Both the position numbers and the translations under genes were made by a program. From NCBI GenBank assembly GCA_028023455.1, contig JAQFVV010000003.1, positions 23,560,001-23,624,000 on the forward strand: a DNA stretch of 64,000 bases, given 5' to 3'. This document shows positions 49,930-64,000 of this stretch, one piece after another. The stretch is from Epiperipatus broadwayi (lineage: Eukaryota > Animalia > Onychophora). Position 1 is the first letter of the stretch, and every line of letters starts with the position of its first letter. The notes under the pieces were generated by a model that worked only from the letters and a program-made list of their open reading frames with translations, did no database searches and had not been told where the DNA came from.

Positions 49930-52900
49930 TAAGTAGTTCAAAGATATTAAGGTTGGACAATAGGTTCTATAAATGAGAGATTGAAAAAAATATACAAGAG
50001 AAATAATGTTATGTTTGTGGATGTGTGGGAATTTTTTATTAATAATAGGGAATTATACAATAAAGGTAGATTGCACTTAGCAAAACAAGGAAATGAAGTA
50101 TTAGGGAGTTTGATTTATAAAGAATATTATAGTTTGAGAAACTTATAAAGGGGAGTAGAGTTTTAAATCACAATATTGTCAAAAAGAAAAATGGATGGGA
50201 TGTAAAAAATAAATGAGGGGTAGCTGATTTGAATATAAATGTAGATGTCAATAGGGATTGGGTCTGTAAAATTAATGGTAAGCAAGTTACTTACAAATGT
50301 AATGGAGAAGGTCAAAATAATTTATAAAAGGATAGTAAGAAAAGAAGACATTGTTAAAATTGGATATTTGAATATGCAAGATGGTATAAAACCAGAAAAG
50401 TGGCTGAAATTAAACAAATCAGTTAAAAATGAAGAGCTTGAGGTATTAGCAGTAGTAAAAAGACATCTAAGAGAAGAAGAACCTATACTGAAAACTTGAT
50501 ATGGCAGGATATAACAATATGGGTTATGTCAAAAAATATTTAAATACTATGAAGTGTCAAGAATATTTATGGTTTTAGATAGGGTTAGAAAGACAATGGA
50601 ATGGAATAGTAGCATATATGAATGTCTAGTTAACGATATACAGATGTTCAAAAAAAAGTGAAAAAATAATGATTAAATGCCTAGTTAAGAATATACAGAG
50701 GTTCAAAAAAAGGTGAAAAAAATAATAGTTATAGGAATATGAATAGGCATGCTGAAGAAATTGATGATATGGATAACAAGAATGGACAGCTTTTGAAAAT
50801 TTTTTGTCAGATTGAATTTGAGCATTGGAAGTTTATCAAATATTTATGAGAAACAATACACATGGTCTAGAAATAATATATTTCACACAATAAATTATGT
50901 ATTAGTAGAGAAAGAGGGAACAATAAAGTATGGAAAATTAAAGTGTTTGATAATGAAGAGAGAGTATGCAATGATCATAATTTCGTTAGAAATGGTTAGC
51001 AAGGTGGTGGAAAATAGTAATAAAATTAGAAAGGATAATGAAAGATGTGGATGGAGAATGAATGATAAGAATAAGTCCGAAGAATTATAAATAAAAGTAT
51101 AAGAAATCATGGAAGAGTTTGTTGGGAGTGAATGTAAGGACTGCTGTGATGAAGTAAAAAAAGTGTCAAATAGGGTTTTAGATGAGAATATTCAGAAGAA
51201 TAAAAGTAATAGAAAAGTGAGAATTAATAAAAGTGTAAAAGAGAGGGGAAAAAGCAAGCAGAGACTATAAATGTGCCATTAAAAGCAAAGAAAGTGAAAA
51301 AGTTATTAATATTAAATGGGAAAACTATTTAAATAAGTTGACTAAAATAGACAATTATATATAGAGAGAATGAAATTAAATAGTAAATTATTGGAGGATG
51401 AGATGGGAGTAAAAATTTTTTGGAAATATATTAAAAGAAGGAAGAAATAGTATTACTAAATGGTGAGAAAAAAACTGTATAGTTCTAGAAAAGAATTAGA
51501 GACAATCCTAAATAAGTATATAATAGATATAGAAAAGATGCTAGATATGAAGGACAGAGTAATAACAAACATAAAAGCACATAGTAATGGAAATGAATTA
51601 AATGAGACAGGGAAGAAGTTGAAAAGTGAAAAGACAAGAAGTTTAGATTGATGGGCAGCAGAGATGATGATGAATTTAGGAGATAGGACAAAATTAAATT
51701 TATCATATTTTTAATAAGATGGCATAGAAAAGAGAATTTCCAGATAGTGGAATAATACAAGAGTAAGACTTATTTAAAGGAAAGGGTAAGAATAATAGAA
51801 AATTAAACAATTATAGACCGATAGTGGTAACATCAATGTTATATGAAGTTTTTCCATATATGGTGGCTGGAAGAATGGCAAAATGGTTGGAAAAAAATAA
51901 TTAGTGGGAGAAATGCAAGGAGGTTTTCAATTGGATAGGCATATAGGAGATAGTTTACTTGTAGTCACACAACTTATAGATATGAGTAGGAATACAGGTA
52001 GACAGTTAAATCTGGTCTTTATAGATATAGAGAAGGCATATGATAGAGTAAATAGAAATAATTATGTGTAAGTTTAATAAATTTGGGAATGAATGGAGCT
52101 TTAGTGAATCTTATTAAGAGATTGTTTGAAAATAATTACTATATGTATCAATTAGAAAATATAGAATCAGTTAGAATTAAAAATGGGATGGGACTAAGGC
52201 AAGAAAGCCCTATGACACCTATTTTGTTTTTGTTACATGAGAGAAATGGAGAGAGCAATAGAAAGACTAGGAAGAGGAGTAGAGATACCATTAATAGATG
52301 ACAATGGAGTGTATATATTATCAGGTCTTTTATTTGCTGATGATATATTTTTGTGCATAGAAATTAGAGAAGATATGGAAGTTATGCTGATGACATGTAC
52401 GAGGATGGGTAAAGAGATAGGAATTATATTTAGTGAAGAAAAATGATGATAAATTTTTGGTGAAAGAGAAAAGAAAGAATTTTTATTAGGAGATATAAAG
52501 TTAAATGTGAATAGGTATAACTATTTGGGAATTGTTTTAAGTAATCAGAGAAATTGTTTGGATGAATGGGAGAAAAAATTGGTAAATGAAGCAAAGAAAA
52601 TAAAAGAACTGATAAAAAAATTAACAGCATTTTCATATAATAAATATGATTTAGCAAGAATTGTATGGAAGGAAATGATAGTAGCAGAGTTAACTTATGG
52701 TAATGATGCATTATATGATAGTAAAGGAGTGTTAGATTACTTAGAAAAATTATAAAGAGAAGTAGGAAGACATGCATTAGATGCAGATTTGTGGATGTAA
52801 AGGAGGTAATTCAAAGAGAAATGGGATGATCAAGTTTTATATGAGAGCAAAAAGTAAATGATAGATTGCAATTTATGAATAGTAAGAGAATAACCAGAAT

Positions 52901-53070
52901 AGTATTTAATTGAGTTATGAGTAAAGGACAGGCAAAAAGATGGATGAGAAAGATAGAATGGTATGCAGAAGATTTGGATAAAGTCTTATGTCAGTATACT
53001 CAAACAAAAGGTGGGATGATTGTGTTAGGAAAATTGTTAAGTGTTATATTGGCAAGAAATGGACTAGAAG
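49930..53070 (+). mobile_element. Esterase-ORF1 LINE family copy (end of ORF1, APE, RT), both ends truncated, decayed
   Basis: IGYLNMQDG, HTINY, GEMQGGF, DIEKAYD, GLRQ, LLFADD, RYNYLGI; collinear with the 26.6-33 kb copies; short tandem duplication ~50627-50720. Confidence 0.9.
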
Positions 53071-53099
53071 AATAGACCCATTAAAAAAAAATTAGAGTT

Positions 53100-54500
53100 G
53101 CAGAAATGGAGAACTGGTATAATAAGCTGCTTTATTTATCTCTTGCTCACAGTAATAGTTTATAGAGTTCTTGCTTCCTAAGCTAGATTTGTGCATAACA
53201 GTTATATGGGGTAGTAGTTTATCTTTAGTGTTATGGATACCCACTTGATAATGATTTCATTACTTCTCTAATCCTGGTTGGTGCAAAGAGTATGCACATT
53301 TCATTTAATTTTATTATTTCATTAGAAATTTAGTTTATAGTTGGACAGCATCTTAATGGTTCTAAATGGCAAGAGCATTGACGATGGTCAGAATGTTTTT
53401 AGCATCTCAATATTATTTGATTTATCATTGTAGTTTATTGAAGTCACACCTAAGTATGTGCATCCAGACAATTATTGTTTGTATTCCTGCCCTAGGTTTG
53501 ACAGTGGCTAAATAATTATCCTGATCTATAGGGGACCACTTTCAAATCCAATCACAAGATTGACTGTTGATTTATTTTTATTGTTGATTATTTATAATAA
53601 ATGATTATTAATTTTGTGTAATGCTGATGATTTTCAAACTCATTCTTTTTATACTTAATTTTATATTTTGTTTATTTAGGGGTGATGATAGTTTTCCATC
53701 TCATAATTTAGCCCTAATGTGGTGTACTGTTACAAATGGCTATCTAATTATGGGAATTTGTAACTCCAGATTCTGCCATTTTCACCCCTATTTTCCATAC
53801 TGGTACAATATATATATACACACACAACACCTTATTACACTCTTCTGAATTATCATGGTCTTTTAAAAAATATATTTGTACACTTTTTTTATTATCAAAA
53901 GATAGATATTCTATTACTTTGCTTTTATCATTAAGAGAAACATTTCATCATAGTCTTCCTGATTTTTCTTCATTTATATATATATATCCAATTCATTTCT
54001 ATTCAGATTAGTATTCTTCTCAATAAATTATTTCATATATTTCTGTTAAACTTTTTATAATACAATTATTACTATTATTTAGTAATCCTGTGTTGTATTA
54101 TTGTGGAGTTGTGTTAGTCTATCTATCTCCCATGAGTAACTTGAATTTGAATCTGGACTGAGTAGAAACTTATAAAAATTATTTAAAATTCTAATCGTGC
54201 TTAGAATTTTTTTTTTAGACATACAATCCCATAGATAACTAGCTAACAGTTTAGTGCTGGCTAGTAAATGGATATTCACTTATTATTAGCTAAAGATTAA
54301 AACCAAGAATAAAAAAACAATTTCTCACTATCATGAAATTGGTGAGATTTGGTGAGTGATTTAGACTTTTTATTGTTTTTATATGGAAGACTGTAGAAAA
54401 AGTGTGTGCCTTGCAGTGGGCTTTAAAAATTATTTGCTTTACGAGCCTCACATGGGTTAATCCAGTGATAGAGTAATGTATTCTGGAGCTCAATGCTCAA
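53100..54500 (-). mobile_element. Highly decayed LINE-like RT remnant of a different family
   Basis: Only scattered motifs on - (TYLGV thumb-like, WKTIITPK); no continuous frame. Confidence 0.3.
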
Positions 54501-56635
54501 TGATCACAGATTCACTTTGTTACTTCTATTGCTGAACTTTTTATGAAATCTCAAGCAATTAACTATTGAATTATTTTTTTAGTTCATTAAAGTAAATTAT
54601 GATGAAAATTAAGAAAGGTAGATTACTTAAATTTTACAGTGTAACTTATTTTAGATTTGATAGTTGTAGATTATTAGTAGATAATATTGTCAGATATCAT
54701 TACAAATAAAAATAACAGTGAAATTGATTGTCTTAAGATTTAAATAATGTTAATAGCATTTTCTTAATTTTAATCTTGGGCTAAGAATTACTGCATAATG
54801 CCACAAGTTAAAATTTATAAATTTTCACAAAATGGTGAATGTAAACCAACAAAACACCACATGACCCCATCTTATATAATGCTGTTTAGTAATAAATTCT
54901 CTTTCTCTCATCCCAGTTATGCCATTTATTGTAAGCTTGAATAATCAATAGATATTAAATGGTGGTGCTATTCTTGGACTTTTTGGATCTAATGCTTTTT
55001 TTCTTCAGCAACCATCTTTTATTTATTTGTTTATTATCAAGCTATCTAAACTGAAAAACCATCTTAATGCTAATAGGCACCCTTTTTCTATTGACCAAGA
55101 TTGATATGAAAACAATAGAACTTCACATAAAATGGCAGAGTTGGGGAGAACTCTAATCTTATATTGTTTATATTATCCTTGATTAAGAAGTTTTAATACA
55201 TTACATTTTTTATTACTAAATATTAATTTGCATTTTACTAAACATATTTTTCAAGGCATTCAAATGTTTTTGGAGTTAAAATGATAGTTGTATTTGAGAA
55301 AAAAAAAGAAAGAACGTGTGTGTATTCATATTTAAATTTAAAAAAGTTTTTAGTGAAAGTTAAATTTGTACATCAGATTTAAACAGTTATAGAAAATCTT
55401 GTTAAAATAGATGGAATCATGACTACATTAGAAAATTGAGATAAATATAGTTTTGAAAATAGGACCAAATATAATGTCTTTGTGAAATGAAATGGTGGAA
55501 AATGTAAGTAAATCAGTTGATTCATTATCTAGCAGCTTTTTTTTTTCAATGATTTTGATAATAGAGGGATTCTAAATAACTATTATCATTTTCTATATTA
55601 TTTTTTCCAAAGTTGTTTTTAAAAAATTTAATACATTTTATCATTTAAGTTGATAAAAATAATCAAATCTATAGACTAAAACATAGTAGCATCCAATTTA
55701 ACTAAATAAATCAATAACATTTTAGAAAGTGCCATATTTTTTCAGATTGCAACATTTCACCCTAATGTATGTATATAGGAAAAAATTAACAAAGGAGAAA
55801 TAGAATCTATTTAAGACTTTTTAGAATCTTAAATCAACATGGTGTATTAATCTCGATTTTTTTTTAAAACCAATTTCCCCTTTTTTTCAATGATTTTTAT
55901 TGATAATCTATGTGTTGTATATAACCTATAATAAATTATTATATTAATAATAAAAAAACTTTTTGTCTTCAATGTATTTTTTTATATTCAATTCTTCAAT
56001 CCATATTTTTCTTCCATTTTCTTTTTGTTTTGTTTTCAAGAATAAATTTGAACAATTTTTTATATTTAAAGTTTTGTCCACAACTTTGTTATATATATAT
56101 GTAAGTTGCTTTTTTGTTCATCTGATTCTAGAACTTTGAGACTAGATGACTCTTTTATTATTCATCTAAAATGGATTTTCTTAAAAAGATTTTTTTACAA
56201 TATTTTTTTTGCCTTATTATATTCATTAAGAAAAAATCAGATTTTACATTTTGTTTTTTATTCATATTACTAATAGGAATGAAATTTTTCATAGCATCCT
56301 AGAATAATATGCTTCAGAGAAAACTAATTAAGGCCTTTTTTCTATAACTTATCAATGTGTTCATTTTATATATCTATTCTATATATTTAAAATGATAAGA
56401 TGAAACTGAGGTAATAACAAAAATCGTAGATAAATTGTTTATAAGAAATTAAAATGGCCAACCTTATAAAAAAGAACAAAATGTTGTTAAAAATATAGCA
56501 GAAAAGAGCATTGTAATAAAAAATATAGTTTTCTGAAAAAGTATGAATAATTATTTATTTAACAATAAACTTGCTCTGATTCAATTGATAATATGTTAAA
56601 GGGAAAAAGTTGCATTTTTTGGAATAGTTATTGAC

Positions 56636-58420
56636 TTTTTTATTTTTATTTTTATAAAATATAAAATTTTTATTCAGAAATTTGGTTACAACACATGATA
56701 ACAGTTAAACATAGAATATATTACATGATAATCAGGGGGATAAAAGTTCAATATTGATATCTTGCTTGACACCAGGCTAAAAGGACTAATGTGAAGCATA
56801 TCAGCAAGGAACGAGTCCGGAATAGTATCTTGTTGATAGGTGACCATGCTTGCATGTTTCATACAGTTCAACGATAGATCTAATCTTTTATCCATACTCG
56901 GTATGAACAAATTGACTCTTCATATTGGAGGTTACATCCATAAAACTCAGAGTCTGGGCAATAATCACGCAGAGCAAGGTGAGTCATCACAAAGGGATGC
57001 AGGCCATTCAGCCTCAAATCACTCTCCAGGGTAGGAGCTTTCTATTCAGGAGTGAAAGGGATCAGCTTTTTGGGGCAAATCAATAACCTCCATGTAGAAT
57101 CGTAGATGTAAGAGGGGGCCAAATTTTGGTTCCTTTTCCAAATTTTTTTCCATTTTATTAATATAGAGCTCGAGCGGACTTTCCAGTGCATGATTAAAGG
57201 TGAACCAGCACCGCGTATACCATAGTGAGAATAGTACAAATGTTGTTAATCATATCTCCGGGATAGATCTACATAGTATATTCTCAATGAGAGTCGACAG
57301 AGCAGATATATTATTTAACATGGAGGCTATAAGGACCCTGTAGGGGTGAAGGGAAACAATGGCAGAGGAGTAAAGAGAAGTTTCATTCTCTCTGAGACAT
57401 AGTGAGCAAGTGGATTCTATGTTTGAGAATCCTTGGCGATGCACCAGAAAGTGTTTAGTAGGCAAAGCATTAATATTTATCTTCATTAGGAAATCAAAAT
57501 ATTTAGGTTCAAGGAACCATCGCTTGAATTTCTTGATTAGCAGATGGTTGTTAAGCCTGAGGAGAGTTGATCCTGCAGAAACATCAGGATTAAGAATGTA
57601 GTATGCATCCCAGAACTTGATTTTTATTAAGGTCGATTTGTTAGGAAGCATAGTATGTTTGGAGATAAGACATGCGAGGGTTGCCAGCCAATCAGTCCCA
57701 ATTGGGGGAGGCTTATCTGTGGGAGTGACATCTCTGAAGGGTGAATAGTTGGGATACTGCAGACACATTCTGTAGAAAAAATTGTAGGAATGTTGAAATA
57801 TAAAAGTATCTATGGAATGTAGGGATAATTCATTGAGTTTTGTGTGTTTCTGTAGATTTCTCAAGCTTATAGTTGCACTCCCCCCCCCTCTAATGAAATC
57901 AGTGCACATCTTGTGTATCTTCCTGATGAAGACTTTGGTAAAATTGACTACTGGGGTGAAATAGGATATTCTAGGGAATATTAGTATATTGATAAGGGAA
58001 GATTTGACGAACATGGACATGTAAACTTTGGATAGAGAGGATGTGATTCTCTGTGTGGATTGAATTTGCTTTCCTTGGAAAGATCTCATGGCAGAAGTGG
58101 ATTCAAATATAGGGAAGCCCAAGAAGTTCTGAGGCTTCACTGCAAATGGTCCTGGAATGGTCTTACCTGAAGATATATACCAGGCTGATGACTTGGCCAT
58201 ATTAAACTGGAGGCCATATTGATCAGAGAATTCTTTAAGTATTGATAAAAGTCTGGAAATTAAATTTTTTTGATGGAAGGAAAATAGCCAAGTCATCCAT
58301 ATATAGGTGATGTGATGAATTGATGTATTTAAAATTGGGATGAATGCCAGGAAGAGATCTCTCAATTTAAAGAAGCAGAGGGTTGAGGTAAGTGATGAAA
58401 AACCCATCTGACCCAAACAT
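56636..58420 (-). mobile_element. L1/Tx1-like non-LTR retrotransposon, 5'-truncated (RT domain 4 to zf-RVT, 3'UTR, AATAAA, A-rich tail)
   Basis: RT frame FITYLNPLLL*IERSLPGI..HHLYMDDLAIF (YMDD at ~58292-58303) shifts at an A-run into ORF 57250..58416 (GLQFNMAKS, NFLGFPI, LINILIFPRISY, CSLC..ENET); AATAAA at 56669-56674. Confidence 0.85.
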
Positions 58421-61400
58421 ATTAGTTCAGGCTCTTTATTCTGACTATTTCTAGATTGCTAGCTAAAAAATAAACAATAAATCCTTAGGCTGTTTATAGC
58501 CAGAAAACATTTCTAAGATCTATTCAGCACAGATTTAAATTCCAGATGATTAGTTTAGCAAATAGATGTGCTAACCATCACCATATTATGCAATAAAACT
58601 TGGAAAACATAATTCATGAAGTTTTCCAAAATGATCTATATTTATGTTTAGTGAAGTCGAAAATACTGAAGAAATAGACAATCTGAAAATGGAGTTTACC
58701 ATCTAAGAATATGAAAAAATATTTTGAATCTTGAAATTATATTGCAGAAAATCTATTGAGATATAGTTTTCACAACTACAAGTGCATGCAAGAAGCCACC
58801 AAGAAAGAGAAAGATACTTTTATTTAGTTTAGCCTTTTTAAATATTTAAATAAAATGCAATAGCCCATAAATATAGAATTTCTTGTATAAAAGTGGAATT
58901 GATTTACATCAGGGATACCCAATCCACAGACCATGAGCCATATGTGCTATGAGTGCAATACAACACCCAATTGTAAACTTATTAAAAATATTATGAGATT
59001 TTTTAAAAATTATATGTTACAATGTAATTAAAGCAAACATATATATATATGCTCTCACTATTTGTATGCATGCGTGGTTTCAGTTTTATGGCAGTGTGCA
59101 GCTTCCAAGGTATTATCTTCCAAGCACAGACAGAAAAATTGTCATCAGCAGATGTTATATGTACTCATGGTGACTTGACAAGGCAGTGCCAATCAATAAT
59201 ATTTCAACCTATCTCTGCAATGTTAGAGATTTTAGAGATTTGAAGTTATATAGAACTCAGTTAAGCATTTTTATTTGATTATTAAAGGTACTTCCCTAGA
59301 TTGGTGACACCTTACACATGCACTGTGTAATATATACATTTTCTATATTCATAATTACAAACTTGGAACCTGCTCGATGATTTTAAGATTCTCCTAATGA
59401 CTGTTGCATAATTAACATTATTGTATGAGGACTTTTTTGGCTTATCTGTAATACTGGATAATACATAAATTATTCACATATCTTTTTTTTTACTGGTCAC
59501 CTTTGGGTAGTGTTTATATATTCAATGTGTATCCTAAGACAATTCTTTTTCCAATATTACTCAGAGTCACCAAAAGGTCGGACACTCTTGATTTATATAT
59601 ATATTCAATGTATTTAATGCATAGTCCGTGAGTGGTGGGTGAAAAATTAAAAAAAAAAAAATTATATTATTAAAAAATGTTTATTTCTTTATTTTTTAAT
59701 TGATAATAAATTTAGTAAAAAAAAAAAATCATTTAAGAATATGTTTATTTAATTCTAAACTTTCTGATGTTTTGATTTACTAACAGGAATTTTAAAAATA
59801 ACAGTGTTGATTTGATGAAAGAAATTCATAGTTTAAAATTTGATTTTTTTTCCTTAGTAACACCTGATGTTTTGAGTGAATGCTTTTCTTCCTTGCAAGA
59901 ATTTCCTTGTCACATTTAAAATTAGATTAGTTTAGCTACTCAAAACTTAGTGAAACCAGTTTTTGATATATATACACGGATGGTTTTACATGTTGTGTTT
60001 AGGATACTTATGAGTATGGAAGAAGTGTTAAATGAAATAATTGAATGGATTTTATTAAAAATTAGTTATTTTGTAGTTTAGTTAAAAAAATAATAATTTT
60101 ATGATTTGTTACTTAGTAGACATACAGGGTTCAAGTACTTAGCATTATATATAGGTTATGTGATGTTTTATTGATTTGACTTGACCAAACTGATATTTTT
60201 CTTTATTTTACTTTCCTCAAAAAAATCGATCTGTGAATCTTTTATGATAAAATGCTTGATTTTGTTAAATTTTATGAATTTTTTTCCTGAAATTTGGTTC
60301 TAAAAAGAATTGAAATAAAACAGAATTGGAATGATAAGTTATAAATCCTAATTAGAGTGTATATGAAAAGTTGTGAAAAAAAGACTGATTTTCTCATCCA
60401 GTAAGATCTGGTCATATCATCCTGTGCTATCCAATATTTTGATTTATTTCACTTTATATAAGATCTACTTTTGTACCAAATGCGATTTTTATTTACTATT
60501 TTTGTAGTGAGCAATGAATTTTAATGATGTGAAAGACCCATTAAAGTTTTTGTTTTTATTTTTCAAAATATATATGTAGTTTAACACAATGGTAAAAAAG
60601 TGGTTAGAGAGTTAAAGATTCCTTGATTGAAGATTAACTTATCATTTTTGCTGCCCAAATGTCAACTGATGATCAAAGTTACTAACTTTTATTATATGGT
60701 AACAAGTTATGGCAGTCTACCAATAATGATAATTGCATTTGTTGATTAACCTCAAATCCTTTTTAACAGAGAACTTTACATTATAGGCATCATGGCAGTT
60801 GCCCACCTTATTTATGTCCTAGAATTGGATCTAGACTGGCTAAAACTTTCAAAAAAATAATATTCTAATCAAGTTTAGGATTTTTATTTCAATAGCTGAA
60901 CCATAATTAATGCAGATAAATATCCATTAGGTATTTTGTTATTTTTAATAGAGAGTAAATAAATATTAAAAATTAGTTATTAGAAAGCTTGGTAAATAAT
61001 ATCTTCTCCATCATTATTTTTTTATGACTATCTATGAAAGAGATCTTTGCTCTGCTACAATCTTTTTAAAGGCTATTTTATCTATTTTTATTTTACATAT
61101 AATCTGAAGACTTATTGTTGGAATTTACTTTATTATATAATATATACAAGCACAAACAGGCTAAGCGCTTTCAAGGTGTTATCCCTCATAATCATAGCCA
61201 AAATAGTAGTTGTTGTTGTGATATTATTATATAAATAGTTATGTAATGTGTTGCACCTCTGCATAATTTGGTGCAATAATAGATTGGCAAATTTTGGAGA
61301 TTGAGGTTCATGGATCATGGCTCAGCTGTCCTGGTGCTTCAATATCTTATGAACTCTATGCATAAACCATTTGATTATTTACATATTTTTTAACTTTTAA

Positions 61401-63644
61401 TGTAAACACAAAATAAAAATAAAGAACTATATATATAAAACTAATTAATATTCTTGATAGATGTGAGCACATACCTGTTTTCCTCAACTTGTGAACTAAA
61501 GGCAATCTTTTTAATAATACAACGGAAGAAAAATACAAATTAAAACAACTATAATAATTAAAAAATTTAAACTCATCTTATATTTGTTTTTGAGCAATTT
61601 AAGATCATTGCTAATTTAAATTTCACACTTCTTGTTTGAATAGATCTGTATTTCAATATACTTAACAACACTGCAGCATACGATCAAGTGATTACCTTTA
61701 GGTCATGGTATTTGAAATTCAGACTTCTTTGTTTACAAGATCCCTTGATTATATTGTATATTTATTAGAATGTCCTATATTACTGTCATTAAAAAGCTTA
61801 ATTAATTATTAAATTTTTACTTTATTTGTTTTATAAATACTATATAAGATGTAAAAACAAATGTTTAGTTTAATATATATATAAATTGGAATTATATATA
61901 TATATTGGCCGTAATATAAAGTAAGATACTAAAAAAATGGCATGGATGTAATTTTTCCATGCAGAAAATAAAAATATTCAAATGGCTTGTCACCCTGGAA
62001 ATCATATAAAGTTCAGTAACTAGCAATGACAGCTTCTTTTCACACATGATTACCCTAAGCAATTCAGAAACCTCTGAACCCCTAGAGCCATGCAGTGATA
62101 GAGGTGCAGATTTCAGAAAGCTAAAGATTACTAACTGGGAGAATGAGAACTCAATTTAGACAATAGAATGGAACTGTTGTGCTCAACCTACCACTTGGGT
62201 GTTAAAAATTATTGATTACTTTTTCTGTGCAACTGTGATCATTCAATAAATCTTGTCGTAAGCAGCATAATTCACTGATATGATAAACTTAAGAGCTAAA
62301 GATTTATAAACTGATTCCCATCTGATTAAAGCAAAAACTAAATCAGTTTGGTCAACTGAATGTAGTTGTTGTGATGAAGTTGCAATTTGGATACTTAAAT
62401 GCCATATGAACTCTCAGCAACTAATGATATGATTACTATTGCTATATATTGTGTTAATCAAGTTAACCAATATCTCATGTCAGCAAGCAACTTTAGTGCA
62501 ATCAAGATAATATCTTTATTTCAAATATCAAAATGAACAAGAAGCATATCACAATGATTTATAGTTTGATGATAAATGTTAGTGATTGAATGGCTGATCA
62601 GAAATTAGTTTGTTATCTGTAAAAGTATGCATTAACAGATATATTAATTCTAAGATTATACAGATCAAAATTTTTGTAAGTACATAGCAAAATAATTTCT
62701 TACCAATTTTCATAATCTGACTTACTTTTATGTGGAAACCTTTTCAGTATGTTTTTTTATTTAATTTAAAGACAATTTTTTCCTTCCAAGATTAGTTATA
62801 AGTGTTAGCTGCCTGGTCTAATAAGAGAAGCAGGACAATTGTCTTAGCCATGAATCAGAATATATACTGTACTAAAATCAGACAATATTTTGAAAATTAT
62901 TTTTATGAAATCAGTAGCTGAAAATATGTAAAAGAAATAATATGATTTGAGAAATTCTTAATGGAAAGAATATTTCTCCCACTTTTTTTTTTTTAATGGA
63001 AAATTAAATCTGTAAACAAATTTTTTATTCATTCATAATATTTTCCTAAATAATCCTTCAATGAAACAGAAAGAGTCTGGAATCTCTTTTAGCTATGAAA
63101 TAAACTATTTTCCAGGTAATCTGAAAATTGTAAGTAAAAACATTATTGATGATTTAGCACCAAAAACCCATTATTTGTTTATTTTTAACTATTGATTAAT
63201 AAATGAGTTTAAGATTTTTCTCATTATCTTAACAAAGATTAGCTATATTTTCTATTTCTTCCTCCCATATTATGTAGTGCCTTATATTTGTAGAATTGCT
63301 TCATGGTGATTTATAACTTGATGAGATATATCAATGATTAAATGGCCAATCAGAAAACAGAAGGAAGTGAATAGTTGAATGCAGATTGTTGTTTTAGAAG
63401 TTTGTGTGAAAATAATTTTGAATGTTTATTGATATTAACAAGCATTGTTATGGTCCAAAATATTATAAATGTAGACCAAAAAGCATTTTTCTGTACATTA
63501 AAATTCCAAAAAGTTATTTACAACAATAATGATGGTTCAAAATCAATTAAGTATTCTACCAACAATTGTATAGAAATACTTTATCTAAAATAGTGAATCA
63601 TGAAGAAATTATCATGCCATTTACTGCAACAAAAACCTGAAGAA

Positions 63645-63757
63645 GTCAAGTGTTGTTAGCCGAGAGATCATCGCACCCGCCTTGCAAGCAAGTAGTTGGT
63701 TGCATACAGGTGTGGGTTCGCATCCCAGCCGATGCTATGACATATGAAAAAAAAAAA
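63645..63757 (+). pseudogene. Retrocopy of a class II (long variable arm) tRNA-like RNA, anticodon position TGC, with poly(A) and 14-bp TSD
   Basis: 63650-63736 folds as acceptor gtgttgt/ccgatgc, D arm gccgag.., anticodon loop cttgcaa, ~19-nt variable region and T arm gtggg-ttcgcat-cccag. Then atgacatatg(A)n. aaaaacctgaagaa occurs at 63631-63644 and 63758-63771. Confidence 0.8.
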
Positions 63758-64000
63758 AAAAACCTGAAGAATGATTTAATATATTATAATTGTTTTATTC
63801 TGTGAGTTTTTTATTATTTTATTTTGTTTTAGGGTTCTCATTTTTTTTAGTTTTATATTTTTTATTTATTCAATAAGTTACTTTAAATAAGTAGGCAACA
63901 CAGTCATTTTTAAAAAATAGCCAACACAGGATCAAACCTTCATATGGGATAAATGAAGAAGGCGATACTCAATAGGTTTTCCAATTATAAGATAATGAGG

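Noticed and set aside
57250-58416. 388-aa ORF as an intact gene
   Set aside because: The N-terminal ~50 aa are out of frame with the RT (YMDD is in another frame); it is a truncated retrotransposon.
58909-59250. hAT/MITE-like start (cagggatacccaa..) and GC-richer segment
   Set aside because: No matching second TIR or 8-bp TSD found; too weak to call.
59555-59595. gtcaccaaaaggtcggacac as a hammerhead stem II relic
   Set aside because: The CUGANGA core is absent on both strands.

Overview
This is very AT-rich, strongly CpG-depleted eukaryotic DNA, most likely from an invertebrate animal. I found no confidently identifiable host protein-coding gene. The window is dominated by decayed retroelements. 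(1) Several copies of one LINE family with ORF1 = PHD finger + coiled coil + GDSL/SGNH esterase, ORF2 = AP endonuclease + RT + C-terminal CCHC, and a (CACAT)n tail; four 3' ends lie nested or head-to-tail at 26.6-34.9 kb. (2) RTE-clade LINE fragments with (TGA)n tails. (3) A younger, GC-richer, 5'-truncated L1/Tx1-like element. (4) tRNA-derived retrocopies with target-site duplications (TSDs). The layer the ORF track misses is non-coding: at least three and possibly four families of minimal type I hammerhead ribozymes (CUGANGA...GAAA, palindromic stem III). They sit in tandem (about 330 and 455-466 bp period) and fold-back repeats of the Penelope-pLTR/retrozyme type. One is an ~800-bp palindrome combining tRNA-like Pol III promoter units with hammerhead-like cores, inserted into an RTE with a perfect 15-bp TSD. 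There is also a retrocopied class II (long variable arm) tRNA-like sequence with a TGC anticodon that shares its 3' trailer with tRNA-Gly retrocopies. CpG-retaining patches at about 4.1-5.2, 16.0-16.4 and 48.3-49.9 kb may be promoters or regulatory DNA. All alignments and folds were done by eye, and boundaries of decayed elements are approximate.
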